Assembly (NCBI GenBank): GCA_963924565.1
Contig: OZ004610.1
Span: 9,424,001 to 9,488,000, forward strand
Length of the DNA: 64,000 nucleotides
Direction of reading: 5' to 3'
Origin: Ascidiella aspersa
Lineage: Eukaryota
Shown here: piece after piece, positions 51,900 through 63,360 of the stretch
Position numbering within the stretch: position 1 is the first letter of the stretch
Layout: each line of letters starts with the position of its first letter
The notes under the pieces: generated by a model
Seen by the model: the letters and a program-made list of their open reading frames with translations, nothing else
Databases searched by the model: none
What the model was told of the DNA's origin: nothing
Program-made: the position numbers and the translations under genes

Positions 51900-53754
51900 A
51901 CTTCTTGTTTGATAAGTTTAAGAAACTGTTAAATAAAAAAAACACAAAATAGTTACATGTTTTCTGCGATTTTGTTATGCCAGGGTGAATAAACCCCCAA
52001 CGCAAGAATGTTGCTTGAGAAACAGTATCTCGACTTCAATACAAGAGAGTTGGGTAACAAGGGGCGAATAATAAGGGGGCCACGTGACCATGCTCCCCCA
52101 CGAAATAAACGAATTTGTGGTGTTCTTAAAGCAACTTATTTTTGCCTTTACGTTTTGATGTACAAAAAATAAAAATCCCCCCGAAACAAAACTCCTGGAC
52201 CTGTGCTTAGCGGGTACTAGTCAAATGTTTGTAAGGTGCAATCTTGTTTATGTTAAGCAATAGATCACCGTCACCAATTTATTTTACAAGAGGTGGATAG
52301 CTATACGGCCTGACGGTATAAAAATTGCGTGTCGAACCTTATTGACTTGATTTTACTTATTAAACGAAGGGAATACAACATAATGTTAAACAAAATATAC
52401 AGCTTAGGCTACTTGTCGTTTAGAAATTCGGTTCACATTTGAAACCTACAAATATTTTCGTTATTAAGCAAGAATAACCGTATTTTAGCTTCGCTTATGC
52501 TCCCCTGGTTATATCTGGCACGTCAGCCGTAGTTGGATGAGCCTTGCATTAAAAAAATTATTATACACTATATCGCGAAGCAAACACAGTAAATACAGCT
52601 TCTTATTAGATTGATTCCCATCGTCTGTACTTCTCTTTCTCACAAAAACGCCTCTATTTGGAAGCTTACCGTTGTTTGCGGTTTACGGTTAAAATAACTG
52701 ACCTGCGATCTGCTGTTGAAAACTAAGTTTAAAAATGCCCTTCAAAATAAATATCAAAATAGAAACCGTGGCTCAAAGTGAGACAAAAAACGTGTAGACC
52801 TATGTTGCTGTTGCAGCCTACTTTTTGGTTGTGTAGGGCTAGCCTACTGTGGAATGCTACACACCCCTTTTTGTCCAGAATTTTACAGTAAAACTATAAT
52901 TCGGAGAGATTCAAGTATCCAAAACCGATGGAAGCTTATATGTAGATAACGTTTTAAGTGTTTAGAAGTCTATTTACCTAGGGGTGTTCAGCTGGGGGTA
53001 CAAATTGCAAACAAAATATGACGTCATCGTAAAATTGATTTTAACTCTGTACTCCTACCTAGCGGTAGCAATATTTCCTAAAACGGATATGGTCAATCGA
53101 CACCGGTTATACAGACTGTCTCGCGGGCACTATACGGGCACTGTTAAAGCAGCGAAACAGATTCCGCCAAAGGAGTACATTCTGCTTTGGAACGCCAGAC
53201 ACAAGTATGTTAATACTTACGGCCGAAACCTAAACATCTTCCCTGCCATCGGCTGTTATATGCAATTTTGAAAACTGTCCAATATGTTTTTACAAGCCTT
53301 TAGATTTGTGTATTTCTATTTTTATTATTAATTCATAATTATTTCTTTGAAATGTATCATATCACTCTGAAAAACACGTACTACGGCATGTAGCGGCTAC
53401 AGGATGTTATGGATTCTAAACTAAAAGCTAACATTCTATAACCTTGTAGCCCTAGTATGGTTTAGCTCGTTTTAAGAGAATCGTTGCTCAATTCTATAAG
53501 ATTTACAAAATTCCACATTGTATCTCATGCGACCCTTTGTAACAAATTGCCCATTCTGGGTTAAATGTTCAAAAAAGTATTTTCAAATGTAAAATCATTT
53601 TTTTCAATTGTAATATCAATACAATATGTCAATTGCAGTCTTGGAATTTTAGGAAAATCATTTTTGAAATAAAAATACAACTTATCGGCGTCTTTCATCC
53701 ATTATGTCACAGTTGTGCGCACAAATGTTGGGCGTAGATATCGCAGCTGCAGTC

Positions 53755-54622
53755 TGGGGGAGTTTCTACTGCTCTGTAGTGAAATGTGCGCAAAAATGTG
53801 CGCACATTTTAAAATAACTTCAAAATGTGTGCAGTTTTTTTTCACAATGTGCGCACATTTAGAACTGCCTTCAAAAATGTGCGTGCTTTTTTCAACAATG
53901 TGCGCACATTTAAAACTGGCTTCAAAAAAGTGCGCACTTTTGACAATGTGCGCACATTTAGAACTGGCTTCAAAAATGTGCGTGCTTTTTTCAACAATGT
54001 GGGCACATTTTAAAATATCTTCAAAATGTGTGCAGTTTTTTTTCACAATGTGCGCACATTTAAAACTGGCTTCAAAAATGTGCGCACATTTAAAACTGGC
54101 TTCAAAAATGTGCGTGCTTTTTTCAACAATGTGCGCACATTTAAAACTGGCTTCAAAAAAGTGCGCACTTTTGACAATGTGCGCACATTTAGAACTGCCT
54201 TCAAAAATGTGCGTGCTTTTTTCAACAATGTGCGCACATTTTAAAATATCTTCAAAATGTGTGCAGTTTTTTTTCACAATGTGCGCACATTTAAAACTGG
54301 CTTCAAAAATGTGCGCACATTTAAAACTGGCTTCGAAGAGGTGCGCACTTTTTTAACAATGTGCGCACATTTTGAACTGCCTTCAGAATCTCCGCACATT
54401 TTTAGGTTAGAGTCATCGTTAGGGTTAGACTTAGAGTACAGAGTTTATCTAACTCTAACTCTAACTCCCAAAACTCTTACTCTAACTCTAACTTGAAAAT
54501 GTGCGCACATATTTAGGGCATTTTAATATGTGTGTACATGATGAAAAAAAGGCAGTTCAAAATGTGGGCACATTTTTTGCACATTTTTGCGCACATTGTG
54601 CAAAATAACGCCACCGTCCCCT
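53755..54622. mobile_element. Foldback-like element built from an internal minisatellite (AATGTGCGCACATT core)
   Basis: Long left array of AATGTGCGCACATTT(T)AAAACTGGCTTCAAA-type units, a TTAGGG/TTAGAG...CTCTAA centre and a short inverted right arm. A partial second copy lies at 60960-61118. Confidence 0.75.
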
Positions 54623-55296
54623 GTTGCAGGGGTGGCGAACCTTATTATAGAATGGGTCACAAATTATACTACATCTCCAAAAAAAGAAACACAAGTGAAA
54701 TTACATATAACCTGTAATGAACTTGGCGCCGTATCTTCTACACAAATAATATTATCCATGTCTGGTAATTCATGAATTTATTTGGATTATTCCGTGTGAT
54801 TGACTTTATCAAATTATTTTGCAAACACCAGGATTTGAACGAATTTTGAAATCAAAGAAAGTTAAAAGGATACAACAAATTCAATCATGGTGTCAATCGA
54901 ATTTTCTAGAAAGCTTTACGCTATGAGGATATGTTTTCACCATGAATTAAATAATACTTAACAATATTTTTTTACAAAGGTTTAATAAAACATTTATTCT
55001 TTAAAAATATATTTGATTATATTTGATTTTTTGAAAAGCAAATTTGGCCCCTGATAACTTAAGTTGCCAAGCGTCGTTATTTGTTTTGTTATGGGGTCGG
55101 AAAAACAAACCACTGCCACAAAAAAACTCTTTAGAATTATCACATTGAAAGCCAAGTATAGGCCTATATTTAACTATATCGAGTATTTTAAATTAAATAT
55201 TACCTACCGTATTAAAAAACACCTAATGTTTTCTCAGGATGACAGTATAGTTTGAAAAGGAACGAGTAGAAAAAGTGGTAGGCCTACATTAATAAA

Positions 55297-55298
55297 TG

Positions 55299-55338
<40 letters not shown>

Positions 55339-55508
55339 TGTAGTTGTGCTTGTATGAGACCGTACGTGTTAATGTGCGTGTTGTGTGTATGTGTGCGTGT
55401 TGTGTGCATGTGTGCATGCGTGCGTGCGTATATGTGTGCTTGTATGTGACTGTACGTGTTAATGTGCGTGTTGTGTGTGAGTGTGTGTGTCTTTGTGCAT
55501 GTGCACGT
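55297..55508. repeat. (GTGC)n/(GT)n microsatellite
   Basis: Perfect GTGC run followed by degenerate GT repeats with an internal duplicated ~45-bp block. Confidence 0.92.
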
Positions 55509-55606
55509 AGACTTAATAACGAGTGCTTAATTTTTATAATATCAAACCCTGTCTTAAATTTAAGATATTGAGCGACATTATAAATTTTATTACAAACGCA
55601 ACCAAC

Positions 55607-56112
55607 CTTTCGAGCGATCTATCTCGCTTTGCATTTCATCAAGTCTCTGCTGGTCGCAAACGCATTCTCCTGGAGGTCCAACGTCGCCCTTGAAGCCCCT
55701 GGGACCCCTTGGCCCCACTTTACCTGCAAGAATTTACTTATTTATCACGAAAACGACGACTGGAATAAATATAATACTTTTAATGTCAAAATCAAAGACC
55801 AAAAGCCAAGTAAAAAGTCAAACACATGATTAGACGCTTTTCGAAGGAAATTAAAAGTATTATTCAGGCAGATGTTGTATTTGTATTGAATTAATCACTA
55901 ACATGGTAACACCCAACGCATACACATATACTTCACTTACCAGGACGATTTTCTTGCGAGGTATCATTAATTTTATTTACCCTTGGCGAATCTCGTTGGC
56001 GCACTGAAACACAAACATCGAAATCGCCTTGATCGCCAGTAGAGCAAAGACATACGGTAGATGAGAGAAATACAGTCAAAATTACCGACAACGCGATCAC
56101 AACATTGGACAT
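55607..56112 (-). CDS. Collagen-discoidin family copy C: signal/Cys exon plus collagen-neck exon, no discoidin exons of its own found
   Basis: Exon 56112-55941 MSNVVIALSVILTVFLSSTVCLCSTGDQGDFDVCVSVRQR...RP(G) with donor gtaagt. Exon 55723-55607 GKVGPRGPRGFKGDVGPPGECVCDQQRLDEMQSEIDRSK has the same 117-nt length, phase and gttggt donor as in copy A. Confidence 0.8.
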
Positions 56113-57963
56113 GATGGCCTTTTTTATATTTATTAAATGGTGTTTTCGATTAGCGCCTAAAAATACAACTGTATAACAATCTGTAAAATGGGCACGGTTA
56201 GTTAGACCGACAACTAATTGACAAAACAACATATCTCTGAACAAACTAACAGCAGCATAGCGTTATAGTGGTTAGAAACACCAGGAGAAGGTTTTTATTG
56301 CATAACTTTATTTTGAGCAAGATAACATTTTTAAGTACACTCAGTTCTATACTTTAAATTTATTTGCCTCTAACTTTACAAGAAAAGAAGCTGAATATGA
56401 CTATTATTAAGCCAATGACAAGATCTATTTGTTTCAAACGGCTAGACTTGTTTAAGTTATTTTGCAAATCACTCTATTGCGACTCAAATCATTTGTAACT
56501 ACCACTACTATGCACGTAGTTAAACATTGGACACTTTATTACATTGAAGTGAAAAAACAAGGGTCTCTGTTCTTATGATACTGCACGAACTGCAATATTT
56601 AGCATAGTAAAAGTCTGTGCGAATGTTGCATTTAGGCGCATACTCAAGCCTTATATACCGAATCAACGTGTTCTCCACACAAAAGAAAATTCAAAGCTTC
56701 AGTTTGTTGAAAGAACATGATTCGAAATGAGAGGTTTCGTCGAGTCAGCTGTCTCCAAACAAGAGTCACTTTTCTTGTAAAACTGCACCAACTGCAATAT
56801 TTAGCAAAGTAAATGCCAGTGCGATTTTCTTCACAAAGGCAAATTCAAAGCTTCAGTTTGTTAAAGGGCCATAAGTCGAAAAGACAAACCACAAAATCTC
56901 CCTGCACAGCTATACTTGCGGTGATGTTCAAACAGTGCTGTATCTTGATTTCAAGTTAGTTGACAAGGTAATTAATTTAAATTTCTCTTGGATAAAAGCT
57001 CCGCGAAGTGGAAGGTCGCGGGATACTGTACATTGCGATTAGATTGTTTTCAGACTTTACGGCGTCACATCTAAAGACTATATACAGGTCGCAAATAAAA
57101 TCCCGCACACCAAAGTAAATCTGATCATCCTTTGTGGCTCCTTAATGTTTCTGCAATGTCTTTGTTCAAACGTTTCAGGTGCACCACATAATAAGCTTAA
57201 AAGGCATCTAAGATAGTTCTCAATATTTTGCGACAGTAATAATTTATTAGTTTCTAGTTGTGCAATGCACACTGAAAAGTTACCGAAACAACATAAACGA
57301 TTTTCGGGAGATTTTGAAAGAACACATTCAGAGCTTCTTCTTTTCAACTGTCATGTGAGAAATAGGAATTGACTTTCTAACAAATATCATTCTAAATAAA
57401 CATCGATGTATTTATTTGCTTTTGTAGTGCAAATGAAAAGCATTGCAAGATATTTTCAAAGCACGACACAGCTATTTTTAAGTAGGCTATATAAACAACG
57501 TTGATTCTGTCAAAGTCTTACAAAACGCCTGTTTTTTCAAACGGCACAGATACCTCCATTGTTGCACGGAATATCGAAGCACGATGATGGGACAGTTTAT
57601 TACAGAATTAGCATGGCTCTATATTGCGTTTAATGCTATGGGTTAAGTCCCAAGTGCTGTAAGCAAGTCATTTACCAACTTACTTTGTTTAGTCCTGGTC
57701 AAGTCAAAAAACATACAAGCAAAAAAAGGCTCAAGCTACTTTAAAAAGACAAGCGTGTATCAGGTTATACCAGGTTCCTAAGTATGGCTTTACAAATCCT
57801 AGTCAAGCAAAGTGTTAGCACTTCATGTTAAATGGCGATTTGAATTTAAGGTGCAATAATATCAAATTTTCTTTTCAGAGGCACACCAGCAGCACGTTTC
57901 TGTTTCTTGCATTTCCCAGTCGAAGTGCTCGGATCAAAGAAGGCAACAGCCGTGAAGCGATCT

Positions 57964-58420
57964 GAAACGTTTAAACAAGTCTTGACTAGGGACGTACGAT
58001 ACCAGGAACTTTCCAGTTTACTTACTTCCCGCAATTGCCTTTGTTATATTCCTTCGCTGAAGGTCGGTACCCTTTCAACACGGATCCATGAAACGTTTAA
58101 AAGAAGTCTTGACTAGGGATGTCCGATTCCAGGAACTTAACAGTTTACTTGCTTCACGCAATTGCCTTTGTCATATTCCTTCGCTGGAGGTCGGTACCCT
58201 TTCAACAAGATTCCATGAAACGTTTAAAAGAAGTCTTGACTAGGGATGTCCGATTCCAGGAACTTTCCAGTTTACTTACTTCCCGCAACTGCGTTAATCA
58301 TATTCCTTCGCTGGAGGTCGGTACCCTTTCAACAAGATTCCATGAAACGTTTAAAAGAAGTCTTGAATAGGGATGTCCGATTCCAGGAAATTTCCAGTTT
58401 ACTTACTTCCCGCAACTGCC
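57964..58420. repeat. ~127-bp tandem repeat, ~3.6 copies
   Basis: Unit starts gaaacgttta at 57964, 58090, 58217 and 58344. High identity between units. Confidence 0.92.
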
Positions 58421-59784
58421 TCTATCACAGTGGTTCTTAACCTTTGACAACCTGTCGAACCCGCAAGTCATTCTGCAAGCTTTCGTCGAACCCCAAATAT
58501 TCGTTCAGTATTCCTTTCTTCCTCCTAGGCCATGTTTGTTAACAAATTGGCTGGATCTAGGATTTTTGTTTCGGGGGAACATGAAAGTTGTCATGGATAA
58601 CTCAAACATGACGTCATAAAACATTTCTTCTTTAAACACCTGTTGTTCTGTAGCCGACCCGTGCGCTAATATGGAACTAAAACTGGGCTTAATAAAATGG
58701 TTTCTGTTATGTTTAATTTATTCCCTGTAATGTATTATTTTTGCTATTTTGTCAACCGACAATGGAATCAATTTTTTTGTAGTTAATATCGTATAGAAAT
58801 TTTAAACCTGGTTTTGTTCTTTAGTTTTGTCCTAGCATTTTGCGGTGAATTTGTAACTTTACAATTAAAAGCACTGTATTTATAACCTGTTTGTTTAACA
58901 AAAATGTTCTTATTAGGGGTAGAATAAAAATGACAGTCGCCGATTTTCACAATTCTTCGAGACGGTAAGAGTTGTCGCAGAATTACTTAATACTAGTATT
59001 CTTTTGGGTTATACAGAATCAAAATTTTTAGAAGGCCTGTGAAAACCTTATATAGTTGCCTTTGAGAAGTGGATAATTTTATTATATGTAACTAAATATG
59101 CTAACCCAGCGCTTCTCAACCGATGCGCCATGGAAGGCTGCCAGGTGGTCGCACACAAAACGAAATAATTAAGATATTTAACATATATATATTCTTTATT
59201 TTTCCATTAAGTTAGCTCATTGATTTCACAGTACTTCCAAGTAAAAAACATAATAAGATCTACAAAGCACCAATATCTCAATCAAATAATCTAAAGACCA
59301 CCGACATAATAACGCAAAATTCGCAGTAATAACCACAACAGAATAAGATCTAAAATAGTCTAGATAAGACCTAAACCCGTCGAAATAAGTCCAAAATTAT
59401 TCTGAATAAGACTTAAATAGACAACATAACGTCTAAGACTGTAGTGAAAGGGTATGGGATGATTGGGGGCCACATGTCTCAAAGACTGGAGATCCTTTAA
59501 AGATTTGCAACTATAAAGCCTATATAATGAAAAATTGCAAGCAATTTAAACAAATACTGGTACACTTAAAAAAGTTTGCGCTCGCTTCCCTTGCAAGGTG
59601 CGCCGCCACGTTTTTTTTCATACCATTTGTCTGTTTTATCTTACCATCATTTCTATATTCATTCGATAAGCGTTTTCCAAATGTCATGTCCGACCCTACT
59701 CTTTTTATTTTAAACGGGAACACACAATAAAAACTAAACAGCAAGATTTAAAGCAGAAAAGTCTATAGTACCATAGTATGATGA

Positions 59785-60268
59785 CCAGCGACATCATATA
59801 GTCAAATACGCAGTAATATCCACGCCAGAATTAAAAAGGTCATCGTCTGAGAAGACATAAAACTAGTCGGAACAAGTCCTAAATTAGCTGGAATATGCCA
59901 AAATAACGTGTGAAACTGTAGGTAGAGGGTGTGGGACGATCGGAGCCATGGGTCTGGCATCGGCCGTTTTGTTGTCGACGTTTGAGGCCACGAGGAGTTT
60001 TTGGTGGGTAATGGGTGTGGTTAGCAAAATGGGTTAGGGTTGACACTACTATGGGGTGGTAGTGATGTACTTAAGGTTGGGTTAGGGGTTAGGTAAAACG
60101 TTGTATATGCCTTATCTGGTCATTTTGGTTTTGTTCCGTCGGGTTTAGGACTTACTCCGATTTAGACTGTATTGCCAATATTCGATATTTAGTCCTACTT
60201 CTTCCGAACGTTGTTTCATAACGAAGTTGATGTTGTTCTTTTTATAATATTATAGCTGGAGTCGGCTT
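59785..60268. mobile_element. Second copy of the 29303-29850 element
   Basis: Colinear similarity to 29303-29850. Confidence 0.7.
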
Positions 60269-60959
60269 AAACATAAATTTTCTTATAGTAACCTCTTTTT
60301 TTATGGTATTTGTCTACATTTTATAGTTTTGGTTCGGTGTCCTTTTGCCTCCCTCCCGGTAATTTCAATATGCGATTATTAGTATTATTTATAATTGTAA
60401 TATGTATTACTTATGAAGTTTAAAATATTATACATTTTCCATTGCCCCCAGTGGCGTATCCAGGGGGCGCGAGTTCTTACCCCCTTTTTGTAAGTGATAT
60501 TATCGTTTTTCGTTCGTTGTCATCGTAACAAACTGTTCGAAGCGGCGTGCTTTTTAAGTAATTGGGTTACGCGTCTTAATCTAAGGCGAAACCAAAATCG
60601 AGCGCAAAACGCCGCTTTTCGTCTTTTTTTGGTCGACCGTAAACGCTGGAAGTTTTTCTCTTTCGTTATTTGTTTAGGTTGACTGATTAGCAAGTGTGTA
60701 TTCGACAATTAACAACGCTAAGTCAAACCTCCTTTTTTGTCGCTAAAAACGTCGAGTTATACGCAGTATGTTCCTCGCTATTCGGTTTCTGCGCTAATAT
60801 CCGATGTTGGTGTAAAATCGACATTTGTTTAACTGAAGCAGATTCTTAAAGATACGTATAATGGTGACTGTAGTTCGCGTTTTAAAGTCTCCATTTTTTA
60901 GTATGATGGTTAACGCACAATTATGCTCTTTAAGCCTACTCTAAAACCACATGCTAAGT

Positions 60960-61118
60960 GTTTACTTTTCTTTAACAATGTGCGCACATTTAGAACTGCC
61001 TTCAAAAATGTGAGCACTTTTTTCCGCAATGTGTGCATATTTTAAACTGCCTTCAAAAAAGTGCGCACTTTTCTGTAACAATGTGCGTTATAATCAGGGT
61101 TAGACTTAGAGTACAGAG
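60960..61118. repeat. Partial copy of the AATGTGCGCACATT foldback element
   Basis: Same units followed by gggttagacttagagtacagag, as at 54422-54442. Confidence 0.8.
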
Positions 61119-61766
61119 TTCGCGCTTTGTGCGAATCTTTAATGCCTATTTGTATGTTTACCCGAATAGGTTTAAATGTGCCGTGAATAGGCCTGCCATT
61201 AAGCACACTCTAATGTCCGACTAATTGACTAAGATCAACGCGTTATATGTTTTTTGTACTTAGCGCAAACTTGTACGATGTTATTGGTGAAACCATGCAG
61301 CTGTTGGAGTAAATGGCTTACAACTATAGTTTGGCAAAACATCCTAGATACGCTCCTCACGAGAAGAGGCTTTGGTGGCAAATTTAACTTAGTTTGATGT
61401 TTTTTTATAAATTTGGGGTAGATTTGAAAAAGGTTGGGAACCACTGCAAAAAATAAAACACCAACCGTCAGACAAAATCAGCACAAAACCGTGTTATAAT
61501 GTTTCGATTCGGGTTCGATTTAACCCCCTGTTTTGAAGTAGTTTGTTTTGCAACTTACAGATCCCACGTTCTGTGACAAACTACGCCTTCGAAAATCAAC
61601 GTGTGAAAGTTTGGTTCGATTGTGATTTACAATGAGCATACTAGAGACTTTGAAAAATTATTGCAATATGTCATGAATTTAATAGCCTATCGTTTTTTGC
61701 CAGATTAAACCCGTACTCCCCAACATATTTCAACCAAGCGAGGCATGCTTACAAAAGGTTTGTTCC

Positions 61767-63360
61767 CAGTGCCGGATTAACTAAAGTGCGGGGCCTGTGG
61801 CAGATTGATCTGATGTACCAAAATAATCACCGGGAGTAATTAAATATTTTATGAATTTAATCTACATTCTACAACAAAAAAGTCCAATGTAATGTTTTAT
61901 TTACAAGAAATATAAAACTTCAACAATATTATTTTAATGTCTTTGCGACGCATTTTGATTTCTGCAAATTTGGCAATTATTTCGGATGAGTTTAGTGACT
62001 TTAGAACGTCATTTTCAATATTCAAAAGAGTTAAATAGCGTAGCCGCTCTTCCCCCATTGTGTTTCGCAGATCGTTTTTAATTAACTTCAATTTTAAAAA
62101 CGATCTCTCTCCAGTACAATTAGTTACCAGTCTTACCATCATCTAGAGAAATACGTAACAAATTTTCAATGTTAGGAAGCGTGGTGTTAATATTGTTTTC
62201 TTTGATCAAAGTGAAATAGTTGAGTTCTGGACAGGAGCAATCAATAGCAATGTGCTTTACGAATTCTGAAAACTGAGGTAGTTCTTCTTTTAATCCGTCT
62301 TCCTAATCCTGGGGATATGCTTCTAAAAGGCTGTCAGCACTTTCTTGGATCTGCGCAGGTGTTAAGGTCATGTGTATTTCGCAAAAAACTAAACCCGTTT
62401 CTCCAGCGCAGATAACAGGCTGTCCAATACAGCAAGAAAAGCTTCTACCCGAAATCTGTCTTCAGGTGATCGATTTTATCCATTGCATCTGGAACTAAAC
62501 GGCCACTGCCTACATCCTCGTCATCGCGTCTTCGATTTCGGACAATTCTTCTTGTTCTTGTTGTTCGATAATCTGGCACTTGAGCCAGCTTCTGCGTCTC
62601 TGACTCAAACTTAGCGAATTGTTCTCTAAAAGTCTGTAGGGATTATGCCAAAGAGGCACACAATGCTGAAGCAATGTTGAGGTTTTGCTGCTTTGATTGA
62701 AGAAAAGCTTGAATTGCCTGAAAGCGCTCAAGTACGCTATTCCGAAAAAACAATAAAATTGCAGTTTTGAGCAACTCCATTTTACCGAGGAGTCCATTTG
62801 CCTGCTGTCGACATTCTGGCTTTTGCTCTTGGTTTTTCGCAAGTTTCTCCAATGCCTCCTTTATAAAAGGTAAACGTTCTTTAATAACCTTAATGGCATC
62901 ATCTCTTGCGGACCATCGTGTTGCAGAGAGTCTCTCTGGCACTTCACCGAAGTGAAAAACTGAACTGTTTCTGGACACGATTGTGCAGCGCATACATCAA
63001 CTAAATTCAACGAATGAGCATAGCATGGGACATATTCTGCGACATCACTAAATTTTTTTGACAAGTGCCTGTACTCCGTTATATTTCCTGCTCATGTTGG
63101 ACGCATTGTCATAACTCTGTCCACGGCAATTGGCAAGATTGATACCCTTCTCACTGGTGTACAGCACCAGGCTGTCGAAAATCTGCTGAACAGTATGGCC
63201 CTCCATTGGCAGAAATGCAAGAAACCTTCCACAGGCCCTGTTGGCTTGACATATCTTACTGAGAAACCAAGCGTGTCCGTTTGAGCAATGTCCGGGGTTG
63301 AATCTAGTGATATGGAAAAGTATTTAGCTTCTTTCAGTTCCCTGACGATTCGATGTAAGA
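61767..63360 (-). mobile_element. Decayed hAT DNA transposon (ZMYM1-like/Tip100-type transposase pseudogene)
   Basis: Minus-strand fragments across frameshifts and stops: KYFSISLDSTPD (first D), CRGQSYDNASNM (second D), YVPCYAHSLNLV (CxxH), LSATRWSAR, and VTNCTGERSFLKLKLIKNDLRNTM (catalytic E, dimerisation domain). Probable terminus cagtgccggatt at 61767. The N-terminal part is not found. Confidence 0.9.

Larger units (their letters stand above)
46166..52860. repeat. Tandem segmental duplication, copy 2
   Basis: Direct-orientation homologue of 37609-44985 with independent insertions and deletions. Confidence 0.9.

Noticed and set aside
53058-53245. C-type-lectin-like fragments on the minus strand (RWQGRC; YSFGGICFAAL...C...LGNI) as a possible original head of copy C
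   Set aside because: In-frame stop, wrong phase for the collagen donor and no further CTLD motifs. The resemblance is too weak without a profile search.
53702-54496. 191-aa and 213-aa repetitive ORFs (KCAHI / MCAHL) resembling Cys/His repeats
   Set aside because: They are translations of a palindromic minisatellite that is open on both strands.
57964-58420. CRISPR-like array
   Set aside because: Whole units repeat with no unique spacers, there are no cas genes, and the context is eukaryotic.
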